Assembly: GCA_003152075.1 (NCBI GenBank)
Contig: PLZG01000064.1
Location: 31-64,030, forward strand
Source of the DNA: a candidate division FCPU426 bacterium
Lineage (GTDB): Bacteria > Oederibacteriota > Muellerivitia > Muellerivitales > Muellerivitaceae
Length of the DNA: 64,000 bases
Direction: 5' to 3'
Positions within the stretch are counted from its first letter, which is position 1, and each line of letters opens with the position of its first letter. Of the stretch, positions 54,844 to 64,000 are shown in pieces. The position numbers and the translations under genes were made by a program. The notes under the pieces are model-generated. The model was given only the letters and a program-made list of their open reading frames with translations. It searched no databases and was not told the origin of the DNA.

Positions 54844-57800
54844 ATGAATTCACACTCATATAAGAAACGTTCGCGCCGGGCCATTTCCCTCACGGCGGTT
54901 ATCCTCACAGCCGCCTTTCTTTTCACCCCCTCCGGCAAACTTTGGGCGATCTGTACCCCCCTCACGGTGACCGTCACGACGACGGCAGGTGACACCAGCG
55001 CCGGGTCCTTGGGTGACGCCATCAACCAGATCAACGCCAGCCCGTGCGGCGGCACCATCAACCTTTCGGGCATCGCCACCGGCACCACCATCACCCTGAC
55101 AGGCAACCTTCCTTACATCACCCAGAGCGTGACCATTTTGGGTAACAACGTCAACGTCAGCGGGAACAGCAGTTACGGCATCCTCAACCTGGGCGGCGGG
55201 GTGAGCGTGGCCGCGGGATTGAACGACAGCATCTCCAATATCAATCTCATCAACGGCAAGGCCCAAGGCAGCAACGGCGGCAGTTACAACGAGGGCGGCG
55301 GCGGGGGATTGGGCGCGGGCGGCGGCATCTTCGTCAATTCGGGAGTGACCCTGACGGTCAACACCGTCAGTTTCAACGGTGATTCGGCGGTGGGCGGCAC
55401 GGGTGGAAACGTGACCAGCGTGGGTAATTTTAGCCCAGGGACTTACAGCGGCGGCGGCGGTGGGATCAACGGGTCGGGCGCGGGTGTGAATGGTTATTAC
55501 AGTAGCGGGGTTGAATACAGCGGCGCGGGCGGCGGCGTGAACGGAGGCACGGGTTCAACCGCGGATAATCAAAATGGCGGTAATGGCGGATGGGGCGGCG
55601 GCGGCGGCGCGGCGGGCTGGGGGGCCACTGGCGGCAATGGCGGTTTCGGCGGCGGTGGCGGGGGATCGGACTTGTTCCAGGGCGGCAATGGCGGTTTTGG
55701 TGGGGGCGGGGGCGCGGATGGCCTGGGTTATACGGGCGGGTTTGGGGGGGCTTACGGCGGCCGGGGCGGATGCAGCGGCTGTTACCAAAATGCGGACCAG
55801 GCGGGCGGCGGGGGCGCGGGATTGGGCGGCGGTATATTCTTGTACCAAGGCGCGGCGCTGAACATCGCCGGTAGTACCTTTACCAGCAACACGGTCCAAG
55901 GCGGGGCCCCCGGATTGGGGGCTGGCTCCATCAGTACGGGCGGACAGGGTTTGGGCCAGGATATTTTTACCTATGGTTCGGCGGTGGTTTTCAACGGTTC
56001 TTCCATTACTACCGTGCCGGACACAATCGCGGGCACGGGCAGTGTGGTCGTCTCGGGGACGGGTTCTGTCACCCTTTCGGCGGTCAACACTTATAGCGGC
56101 GGCACCACCCTTTCGGGCGGTCTATTAGCCATCGGCAACGACAATAATATGGGCACGGGCAATCTCACCTTCGATGGCGGGACCCTTTTCACCACCGCGG
56201 GAATCACCTCGTCCAAAGGCATTTCGGTCACCGGCAACGGCGGCACCTTCAACGGGAACGGCTTCAACTCCACCTTATCCGGGGCCATCACGGGCACGGG
56301 GCTTTTAGGGGTGAGGGGTTCGGGCGCTTTGACCCTGAGCGGGAACAACAGTTCCTTCAGCGGCGGACTCTCGGTCACGGGCGGGACGCTGGACATCGGC
56401 AACGCGAACAACCTGGGCACGGGAACCCTGACCCTGGATGGTTCCAAGCTTCAAACCACGGCGGGTGTGAACGCTTCGAACAACCTATCTTTGACCTCCA
56501 ACAACGGGACCATCGACACCAACGGGTTCAACTCCACCCTCAGCGGCACGATCAGCGGCAGCGGGGCTTTGACCAAGATCAACGCCGGGACCCTGACCCT
56601 GACGGGAACCAACAGCTACGGCGGCGGCACCACGTTGACCGCTGGAAGACTGAACATCAACAACGATAACAATTTGGGAACGGGCTTGCTGGCCTTGAAC
56701 GGCGGCGTGACCTTACAGACGGCGGCGGGCATCAATTCCGCCACCCGGTCCATCGTCCTGACGGGCAGCGACACTTTCGACTCGAACGGGTTCAATTCCA
56801 CCCTGGGCGGGACCATCAGCGGCAGTGGAGCTTTGACCAAGATCAGCGCGGGAACCTTGACCCTGACAGGCACCAACAGCTACGGCGGGGGCACCACGGT
56901 TTCCGGCGGCACCCTGAACATCAACAACGACAACAACCTGGGTTCGGGCTTGCTGGCCTTGAACAACGGGACGACCCTCCAGACGGCGGCGGGGATCAAT
57001 TCCGCCTCCCGGTCCATCGTCCTTACCGGGATCGATACCTTCGATTCCAACGGTTTCAATTCCACCCTGGGTGGGGTCGTGAGCGGCAGCGGCTCCTTGA
57101 CCAAGATCAGCGCGGGGAGCTTGACCTTGACCGGTACCAACACCTACACCGGCGGTACCACCTTGACCGGCGGCACCCTCAGCGTCGGCAACGACAACAA
57201 CCTGGGCACGGGCAACCTAACCTTCAACGGCGGCACCCTGCAGACGTCCGCGGGCATCACCTCGTCCAAGAACGTGGTATTGACCGGGAACAACGGCACC
57301 TTCGACAGCAACGGGTCCAACTCGACCCTTTCGGGCAATATCACCGGCACGGGCGGCTTGAACAAGAATGGCCTGGGCACCTTGACCCTTAGCGGTTCCA
57401 ACAGCTACAGCGGTTTCACCGATATCAACGCGGGGACGCTGGCCCTGGGCAGCTCGACCGCCCTTTCCTCTAATTTCACGGCGGTCACCATCGCCTCGGG
57501 CGCGGTCCTGGGCCTGGGCGGGTACAACGCCACCATCGGTTCCTTGAACGGGTCCGGCGGCGTCTCCCTGGGTTCGGGTTCCCTGACGGACGGCGGGAAC
57601 AACACGGGTGCTTCCTTCGGCGGGGTCATCTCCGGCACGGGCACCTTCGTGAAGGTCGGAAGCGCGGCCTTGACCTTGACGGGCACCAACACCTACAGCG
57701 GCGGCACCACCTTGAGCAACGGTACCTTGAGCGTCGGCAACGACAATAACCTGGGAACCGGGACCCTGACCCTCAACGGCGGCACCCTGCAGACCTCGGC

Positions 57801-60800
57801 GGGAATCACCTCGTCCAAGAACGTGGTATTGACCGGGAACAACGGCACCTTCGACACCAACGGGTTTAACTCAACCCTGTCGGGCGTGATCAGCGGCTCC
57901 GGCGGACTCAATAAGAACGGCTCGGGGATATTGACCCTTTCAGGTTCGGATACTTACACGGGATTCACGAACATCAACGCCGGCACGCTTTTCATGGGCG
58001 CGGCCAATGTTTTGTCCAATAGCACGACGGTTTCACTGGCCAGCGGAACGGTTTTGGACTTGGGTAGCAACAACCAATCCATCGGTTCGCTCACGGGCTC
58101 GGGCGGGGTTTCCCTGGGTTCGGCTTCCTTAACGGCGGGAACCAACAACCAAACCACGGCCTATTCGGGTGTCATCGGCGGAACGGGTTCCCTGACCAAA
58201 ACCGGGACGGGCACCTTCACCCTTTCGGGAACCAACACCTTCAGCGGCGGCACGACCTTCACTGCGGGCATCGTTTCCGTGGGCAACGACAACAACCTGG
58301 GCACGGGGAACCTCACCTTCAACGGCGGCACCCTGCAGACCTCGGCGGGCATTACTTCCTCCAAGAACGCGGCCTTTACCTCCAACAACGGAACTTTCAA
58401 CACCAACGGGTTCAATTCAACCTTGAACGGTGTGTTGAGCGGAGCGGGGGCCTTGACCAAAACCGGGAACGGGACCTTGACCTTGACCGGGACCAACACC
58501 TATGGCGGGGGTACCACGGTCAACGGCGGCACCTTGAACGTCGACAATGACAATAACCTGGGAACTGGCCTTTTGGCCTTGAACGGGACGACCCTTCAAA
58601 CGGCGGCGGGTATCAACTCGGCCAGCCGGTCCATCGTCCTGGCGGGTTCGGATAATCTCGATACCCAATCCTTCAATTCCACCTTTGGCGGGATAGTGAG
58701 CGGCACGGGAAGCCTGACCAAGACCGGCTCCGGGAGCTTGACCTTGACGGGCGGCAACACCTACAGCGGGGGGACTTCCATCAACGGCGGCCTCTTGAGC
58801 GTGGGCGCGGACAACAACCTGGGGACGGGTAACTTGGAGTTCAATAGCTCGACCCTCCAACTTTCCTCCAGCTTTAACACGGCCAAGAACGTCAGCCTGG
58901 GCGCGGGCGGCGTGACCGTGGACACGAACGGGAACATCCTTTACGTGGGCGGGACCGTCTCGGGAACGGGAAGGCTCACCAAGACCGGATCCGGAGCCCT
59001 CACCCTCACGGGGACCAATAGTTACAGTGGTGGGACCAACCTGAACGCCGGGACCCTGGACGTGGGTAACGACAACAACCTGGGCACGGGGAACCTGACC
59101 TTCAACGGCGGCACCTTGCAGACCACGGCGGGGATCAGTTCTTCCAAGAACATCTCCCTGACGGGCAATGGCACCTTCGATTCCAACGGTTCCGATTCGT
59201 CCCTTTCGGGGGTCATCAGCGGCACGGGCCAGTTCACCAAGACCGGCGCGGGTTCCCTCACGGTGACCGGGGCCAATACTTACACGGGACTGACCGATGT
59301 CAACAACGGTTCGCTGGTGCTGAGCGTCAGCGGGGCCTTGCGGGCCACCGCGGCCGTCACCGTGGAATCGTCCGGGACGCTCGACCTGGGCGGCAAGGAC
59401 CAGACCCTGGGGAACCTTTCCGGCTCGGGCCTGGTGCTTTTCGGCGCCGGCAACCTGAAGGTGGGGGATTCCACCAACCAGCTTTTCTCCGGCGTCATGT
59501 CCGGCGCGGGAAGCCTGACTAAGACGGGAAGCGGCGCCCTGACCTTGACGGCCGCCAACAGCTACAGCGGCGGCACCAGCGTTTCCGGCGGCACCTTGAA
59601 CGTGGACAACGACAACAACCTGGGAACGGGGAACCTCGTCCTCGACGGCGGCAGCCTGCAGACGGCGGCGGGGATCACTTCCGCCAAGAATATCCAGCTG
59701 ACGTCCAACAACGGCGCCTTCGACAGCCAGGCTTTCAATTCCACCCTCTCCGGCGACATTTCAGGCGTGGGCGGCCTGACGAAATTAGGCTCCGGTGCCT
59801 TGACCATGACCGGTGTCAATACTTTCACGGGCGGCATGCTGGTTTCGGCCGGCACGGTGGCCTTGGGCGACGCCGGTTCGTTAACCGCCCGGATCAACGG
59901 GCCTGTCTCCATCGCCAGCGGGGCGACCCTGACGGGCTACGGGTCCATCCTGGGCGTCGTCAACAACAACGGAACGGTCCAGCCAGGGGGCAACAACGGC
60001 ACCCTGTCTATCGGCCAACTGTTTGACACGGCCACCAGCTCGACGAACATCGAATTGGCCCCCGGCAATCTCCAATCCGGAAGGCTGAACGTCCTTTTCG
60101 GCCAATTGAACGGCGCTTTGACTATCGCCGCCGATCCGGGCAATTATGGGGTACGGTACAAGTACATCATCCTCACCACGGGAGCCCCGGTGACGGGTAG
60201 CTTCGCCAGCGTGTCGGATAACCTGTCGTATATGACGCCAACGCTTCTTTACGGCAACAACGCGGTGACGCTGGTGCTGACCCGCAACAACGCGGACTTC
60301 ACGACCTCCGCGGCCACGTCCAACCAAAAGGCGGTGGCGACGGTCCTGAACTCGGCGATCCCCACGGCCTCGGACGATTTCGTGGCCCTCTTGAACGTGC
60401 TTTACGGCCTTCCGGCGGCCCAACAGCAGTCGTCCCTGGCCCAGATGAACGGCTCGTCCTACGCACCCCTGGCGGCCGTGATGGTGAACAACAACGCTTC
60501 CTCGGTCAACCTGCTGATGCAAAGGGCGGGCGGGCCCGGCTTTGTGCCGCCCTCCTCGTTCCAATCCATGCTGGTGGGCCGCGCGGCCTTCGACCTGACC
60601 GACACCGCCCCCAGCCTCTCGGCGGGGCTGAAGGAAGCCCAAAACTCGCCCGAGAATTCCGGGCTCTGGGTGGAAAGCTCCAGCGGTTCCTTAAGCCAGG
60701 ACGGCAACGGCAACGTGGTGGGCTACAAGTCCCAAAACACGGGTTTCCTGGGCGGCTACGACGTGGCCCTGGCCAAAAACCTGCGGGGCGGCCTGTGGGG

Positions 60801-61488
60801 TTCCTACAACCGCATGGACATGAACTCCACGGACGCGGCCGATACCTCCAGCGTGGACAACTACCTGGTGGGCCTCTACGGAGGGCCCAGCTTCGGAAAC
60901 GTGGCCCTCACGGGCGTGGTGGCCTATGGGGTCGACCACTATAAGACCACCCGCGCGGTGGATTTGGGCAGCCAAAGCTCACAGGCCCTGGGCGTTTACG
61001 ACGGTTCGGAACTGATGGGTGCCCTGCGCGCCTCCTACGCCCTGAAGGTCTCGGGCGTCTCGGTCAATCCCCTGGCGGGCTTGCAGTACACCCGGCTGTA
61101 CGAGAACGGATTCACCGAAACCGGCGCGGGCGACCTGAACCTGACCGTGGCTTCCCAGCAATACCAATCCCTGAGGCCCCTGGTGGGCTTCGACGCCTCC
61201 AAGGGTTTCGACCTGGGCGGGGGCACCCAACTGGTGCCGATGGTCAGCGCCAACGTGAGCGAGGAACTGATGGCCTTGAACCCGGCGGTCTCAGCCTCCC
61301 TGGCGGGGGCCCCGGGATCCAACTTCTTGGCAACGGGCATCAATCCCAGCCCCACCCTGGTGGGCCTGTCGGCGGGGGCAAAGCTTTCCTTCGGGCAGGG
61401 GCTCAACCTCTTCGCCCAATACTTGGGCGGCTTCGGCGGCGGACAGAGCTCCAACGCCTTCAACGGCGGGGTGGATTTCTCACTCTAG
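54844..61488 (+). CDS. Large autotransporter adhesin with passenger-associated beta-strand repeats
   Basis: Signal peptide; Gly-rich region; many LTK.G.GTLTLTGTNTY.GGT repeats; C-terminal ~280-aa barrel (GLW...GYD...Y.E.G.G.L.L). Confidence 0.93.
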   Translation: MNSHSYKKRSRRAISLTAVILTAAFLFTPSGKLWAICTPLTVTVTTTAGDTSAGSLGDAINQINASPCGGTINLSGIATGTTITLTGNLPYITQSVTILGNNVNVSGNSSYGILNLGGGVSVAAGLNDSISNINLINGKAQGSNGGSYNEGGGGGLGAGGGIFVNSGVTLTVNTVSFNGDSAVGGTGGNVTSVGNFSPGTYSGGGGGINGSGAGVNGYYSSGVEYSGAGGGVNGGTGSTADNQNGGNGGWGGGGGAAGWGATGGNGGFGGGGGGSDLFQGGNGGFGGGGGADGLGYTGGFGGAYGGRGGCSGCYQNADQAGGGGAGLGGGIFLYQGAALNIAGSTFTSNTVQGGAPGLGAGSISTGGQGLGQDIFTYGSAVVFNGSSITTVPDTIAGTGSVVVSGTGSVTLSAVNTYSGGTTLSGGLLAIGNDNNMGTGNLTFDGGTLFTTAGITSSKGISVTGNGGTFNGNGFNSTLSGAITGTGLLGVRGSGALTLSGNNSSFSGGLSVTGGTLDIGNANNLGTGTLTLDGSKLQTTAGVNASNNLSLTSNNGTIDTNGFNSTLSGTISGSGALTKINAGTLTLTGTNSYGGGTTLTAGRLNINNDNNLGTGLLALNGGVTLQTAAGINSATRSIVLTGSDTFDSNGFNSTLGGTISGSGALTKISAGTLTLTGTNSYGGGTTVSGGTLNINNDNNLGSGLLALNNGTTLQTAAGINSASRSIVLTGIDTFDSNGFNSTLGGVVSGSGSLTKISAGSLTLTGTNTYTGGTTLTGGTLSVGNDNNLGTGNLTFNGGTLQTSAGITSSKNVVLTGNNGTFDSNGSNSTLSGNITGTGGLNKNGLGTLTLSGSNSYSGFTDINAGTLALGSSTALSSNFTAVTIASGAVLGLGGYNATIGSLNGSGGVSLGSGSLTDGGNNTGASFGGVISGTGTFVKVGSAALTLTGTNTYSGGTTLSNGTLSVGNDNNLGTGTLTLNGGTLQTSAGITSSKNVVLTGNNGTFDTNGFNSTLSGVISGSGGLNKNGSGILTLSGSDTYTGFTNINAGTLFMGAANVLSNSTTVSLASGTVLDLGSNNQSIGSLTGSGGVSLGSASLTAGTNNQTTAYSGVIGGTGSLTKTGTGTFTLSGTNTFSGGTTFTAGIVSVGNDNNLGTGNLTFNGGTLQTSAGITSSKNAAFTSNNGTFNTNGFNSTLNGVLSGAGALTKTGNGTLTLTGTNTYGGGTTVNGGTLNVDNDNNLGTGLLALNGTTLQTAAGINSASRSIVLAGSDNLDTQSFNSTFGGIVSGTGSLTKTGSGSLTLTGGNTYSGGTSINGGLLSVGADNNLGTGNLEFNSSTLQLSSSFNTAKNVSLGAGGVTVDTNGNILYVGGTVSGTGRLTKTGSGALTLTGTNSYSGGTNLNAGTLDVGNDNNLGTGNLTFNGGTLQTTAGISSSKNISLTGNGTFDSNGSDSSLSGVISGTGQFTKTGAGSLTVTGANTYTGLTDVNNGSLVLSVSGALRATAAVTVESSGTLDLGGKDQTLGNLSGSGLVLFGAGNLKVGDSTNQLFSGVMSGAGSLTKTGSGALTLTAANSYSGGTSVSGGTLNVDNDNNLGTGNLVLDGGSLQTAAGITSAKNIQLTSNNGAFDSQAFNSTLSGDISGVGGLTKLGSGALTMTGVNTFTGGMLVSAGTVALGDAGSLTARINGPVSIASGATLTGYGSILGVVNNNGTVQPGGNNGTLSIGQLFDTATSSTNIELAPGNLQSGRLNVLFGQLNGALTIAADPGNYGVRYKYIILTTGAPVTGSFASVSDNLSYMTPTLLYGNNAVTLVLTRNNADFTTSAATSNQKAVATVLNSAIPTASDDFVALLNVLYGLPAAQQQSSLAQMNGSSYAPLAAVMVNNNASSVNLLMQRAGGPGFVPPSSFQSMLVGRAAFDLTDTAPSLSAGLKEAQNSPENSGLWVESSSGSLSQDGNGNVVGYKSQNTGFLGGYDVALAKNLRGGLWGSYNRMDMNSTDAADTSSVDNYLVGLYGGPSFGNVALTGVVAYGVDHYKTTRAVDLGSQSSQALGVYDGSELMGALRASYALKVSGVSVNPLAGLQYTRLYENGFTETGAGDLNLTVASQQYQSLRPLVGFDASKGFDLGGGTQLVPMVSANVSEELMALNPAVSASLAGAPGSNFLATGINPSPTLVGLSAGAKLSFGQGLNLFAQYLGGFGGGQSSNAFNGGVDFSL

Positions 61489-61535
61489 AAATTGATCGAG
61501 GTCATCGCGGGGAGCCGCTTTGACCTCGAAGTGAT

Positions 61536-61615
61536 AATAGCTGTCATTGCGATGAGTGCCCCGCGAATAGCGGGGCGGTTACGACGAAGCAACCTCAGTT
61601 TAAATATGCCTTTAC
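61536..61615 (+). repeat. GTCATTGCGA-family REP
   Basis: GCTGTCATTGCGATGAGTGC...TTACGACGAAGCAACCTCAGTTTAAATATGCCTTTA is a near reverse complement of 46571-46644. Confidence 0.8.
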
Positions 61616-61645
61616 TAAATGGCATTTAATTAACAAGGATAAGCG

Positions 61646-62443
61646 ATGAAAAAATTATTTCTTATCGGAACACTGTTTTTGGTTTTAGCCGGACCAGTTT
61701 TGGGGGACGAAGGCAAGGACGCCGTCCAAAATGGCGACCAGGCTTTTAAAACCCGCGATTACACCGCCGCTTTCCAGTTGTACCAACAGGCGGCGAGGGA
61801 AGGAAACGCCTCGGCCAAGAACAACCTGGGCTATCTTTACGAGCACGGTTTGGGGGCCAAGCAGGACTACGCCCAGGCAGTGTCTTATTACCGTTCCGCC
61901 GCCGAATCGGGCAACGCGGCGGCCCAAAACAACCTGGGCCGTCTTTACGCCAAGGGGTTGGGCGTGGCCAAGGACATGCGGGAATCTTTCCGCCGGCATT
62001 CCCAAGCCGCCCTGCGGGGCGACCCGGAGGGGGAATATTGGGTGGGCTATGATTACGCATTGGGCCGGGGCGTGAAACGCGACCTTACCAAGGCCGCCGG
62101 TTGGATGAAGCAATCGGCCCAGGCTGGTTACGCGCCGGCGCAAGCCGGTTTGGCCTCCCTCTACCAAGAGGGCCTGGGTGTGAAGAAAGATGAATCCCAG
62201 TCTAAGGAATGGGCCCACAAGGCCAAGGCCTCCCAAGCCTCCGAAGTTGAGGCGGCCAAGGAACCCACGGACTCTTATAGCTACACGGTGACCGCGGGGG
62301 ATTGCCTCTGGAAGATTGCCCGGCGCTTGTTGGCCAAGGGCCGCTTGTGGAGCGTGATCTACGAGGCCAACAAGGACCGTGTCCACGATCCTAAGCTGAT
62401 ACATCCGGGAGAGATTCTCACCATCCAAAAAAGCAACAGTTAA
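61646..62443 (+). CDS. Secreted Sel1-repeat protein with C-terminal LysM domain
   Basis: AKNNLGYLYEHGLG-type repeats (about 4); YTVTAGDCLWKIA...IYEAN...P.LIHPGE.L.I. Confidence 0.92.
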   Translation: MKKLFLIGTLFLVLAGPVLGDEGKDAVQNGDQAFKTRDYTAAFQLYQQAAREGNASAKNNLGYLYEHGLGAKQDYAQAVSYYRSAAESGNAAAQNNLGRLYAKGLGVAKDMRESFRRHSQAALRGDPEGEYWVGYDYALGRGVKRDLTKAAGWMKQSAQAGYAPAQAGLASLYQEGLGVKKDESQSKEWAHKAKASQASEVEAAKEPTDSYSYTVTAGDCLWKIARRLLAKGRLWSVIYEANKDRVHDPKLIHPGEILTIQKSNS

Positions 62444-62528
62444 CCCGCCCTCCGGTATTCCTCGCCGGGCCAATAGATTGTTGTATGGCTTGTCAACCGA
62501 AGGTTAAAGGTAGGTAGGTGGCTTGGCA

Positions 62529-62730
62529 TCCGGGCTTCATTTTCCCTGCCGCCATTTCATGGAAGCGGCCGATGTCTTTGTCAAACAGGGCCTTCAAGCG
62601 CAGGGTTATCCGGGCGGACTCCAGGAATGGGCCGAATCGGGATTGCCGGTGGAAGGAACCCAGGTTAAGTAAGTCGACAGTCAAAGTCGATGTGTCCAGG
62701 GGTCGCCAGTTATCCATTATTTACATTTAA
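62529..62730 (+). pseudogene. Rhodanese 3' tail copy + clpB tail copy 4 (TVKVDVSRG...)
   Basis: FPCRHFMEAADVFVKQGLQAQGYPGGLQEWAESGLPVEGTQVK* followed by ACAGTCAAAGTCGATGTGTCCAGGGG. Confidence 0.88.
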
Positions 62731-62771
62731 GAAAACTGGCCATGCGCGAATTTCAAATATAATTTCCTAAA

Positions 62772-63998
62772 ATGAACCGGACCAACATGACTACCCAAAG
62801 CCGAAACCCCACTTTCATTATCCTCATCCTGGGCGCCCTCTCGACCGTCAGCCCCTTTTCCATCGACATGTACCTTCCCTCCTTTCCCCAGATCGCCCAA
62901 AGCCTGGGCTGTCCCACCGCGCGGGTTTCCCTGTCGCTCTCCAGCTATTTCATCGGCATGGGGCTGGGGCAGATACTCTACGGCCCCTTCCTCGACCACT
63001 TCGGCCGCAAAAGGCCCCTCTATTTCGGGTTGGGGCTTTATATTCTCTCGTCCGTGGGCTGCCTAGCCGCCGGTTCCCTGGAGATCCTCATCGCCCTGCG
63101 CTTCTTGCAGGCTCTCGGCGGTTGCGCGGCGGGGGTGGCTTCCATGGCCATGGTGCGGGACTTCTTCCACGTCAAGGAAAGCGCGAAAGTCTTTTCCCTG
63201 CTCATGCTCATCCTGAGCGTTTCACCCCTCTTGGCGCCAACCGTGGGGGGCTTCGTGACCCTACACTTGGGTTGGCGTTGGATATTCGTTCTTTTGGCGG
63301 CCATTTCCCTAGCCATCCTGGCGGTGGTCATTTTCTTTTTACCCGAAGGCCACAAGCCCGACCCCAAGGCCACCTTGAGTTTCAAGAAAAGCCTCAAGAA
63401 CTTCGCCATGATCCTCAAGGAACCCAAGTTCCACGCCTATGCCATCGTGGGTTCGCTTTCCATCTCGGGCCTGTTCGCCTATATCGCCGGCTCGCCCATC
63501 ATCTTTTTGGAAATCTACAACGTGGGGCCCAAGTTCTATGGCGCCATCTTCGCCCTTCTCGCGGCGGGCTTTATCGGGGGAAGCCAGGTGAATATCTGGC
63601 TCCTCAAGCGTTATTCCAGTGAGGAGATATTGAGGAAGGCCATCTGGGGCCAATGCCTGGTGGGGATGCTGTTCTTGCTCTTTGCCCTGGCCGGCTGGCT
63701 CAACCTGGCGGGAACCCTGGTCTTCCTATTTGCCGTGCTGTCCTGCGCCGGCATGGTCAACCCCAACGCGGGGGCCCTGGCCCTGAGGCCCTTCGGCCGT
63801 CACGCGGGGAGCGCCTCGGCTTTGTTGGGGTTCATCCAGATCAGCTTCGGGTCCCTGACCTCGGGGGCGGTGGGGTTCTTCAATTTCAAGAGCGCCCTTC
63901 CGACCATCACCATTTTGGCACTGACGGCCTTGGCGGGCCTACTGGCCTGCGGTGAGCTTGTCGAACCCGTCTCGGCCCTGGTCAAAAAAACCAGATGA
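62772..63998 (+). CDS. Bcr/CflA-family multidrug MFS transporter
   Basis: PFSIDMYLPSFP, GQILYGP.LD.FGRK.P, LRFLQALGG, AGSASAL.G. Confidence 0.93.
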   Translation: MNRTNMTTQSRNPTFIILILGALSTVSPFSIDMYLPSFPQIAQSLGCPTARVSLSLSSYFIGMGLGQILYGPFLDHFGRKRPLYFGLGLYILSSVGCLAAGSLEILIALRFLQALGGCAAGVASMAMVRDFFHVKESAKVFSLLMLILSVSPLLAPTVGGFVTLHLGWRWIFVLLAAISLAILAVVIFFLPEGHKPDPKATLSFKKSLKNFAMILKEPKFHAYAIVGSLSISGLFAYIAGSPIIFLEIYNVGPKFYGAIFALLAAGFIGGSQVNIWLLKRYSSEEILRKAIWGQCLVGMLFLLFALAGWLNLAGTLVFLFAVLSCAGMVNPNAGALALRPFGRHAGSASALLGFIQISFGSLTSGAVGFFNFKSALPTITILALTALAGLLACGELVEPVSALVKKTR

Positions 63999-64000
63999 GC

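Overview
Bacterial chromosomal window from a probable diderm (it encodes an autotransporter and a predicted beta-barrel). The Thr-rich secreted proteins with a 'PNP...WD...G..VANG.Y' C-terminal domain resemble those of FCPU426/Goldbacteria-like lineages; this taxonomy is inference only. From left to right: (1) the right end of an integrated element (partial GGDEF gene, SpoVG-like gene, excisionase, tyrosine integrase); (2) an AraC-linked cluster of secreted GH16, GH64 and GH18 hydrolases on a shared Thr-linker plus C-terminal-domain chassis; (3) umuD-umuC split by a repeat-flanked GxxExxY gene; (4) mixed housekeeping genes (speE plus decarboxylase, PilZ/GGDEF proteins, a Fur-boxed barrel-cytochrome c fusion, galE, orn, sixA, def, GH1); (5) a block of GT-C membrane glycosyltransferases; (6) clpB. 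The most striking observation is the 15 kb downstream of clpB. It is a stack of cargo modules separated by diverged, displaced copies of the clpB 3' tail (4 extra copies) and of a rhodanese 3' tail (2 extra copies), with no integrase or transposase in the stack. The speE/decarboxylase junction shows the same scar. Several REP/MITE-like families, some nested within themselves, are also present. No rRNA, tRNA or CRISPR array was found. All calls come from reading motifs; no database searches were run.
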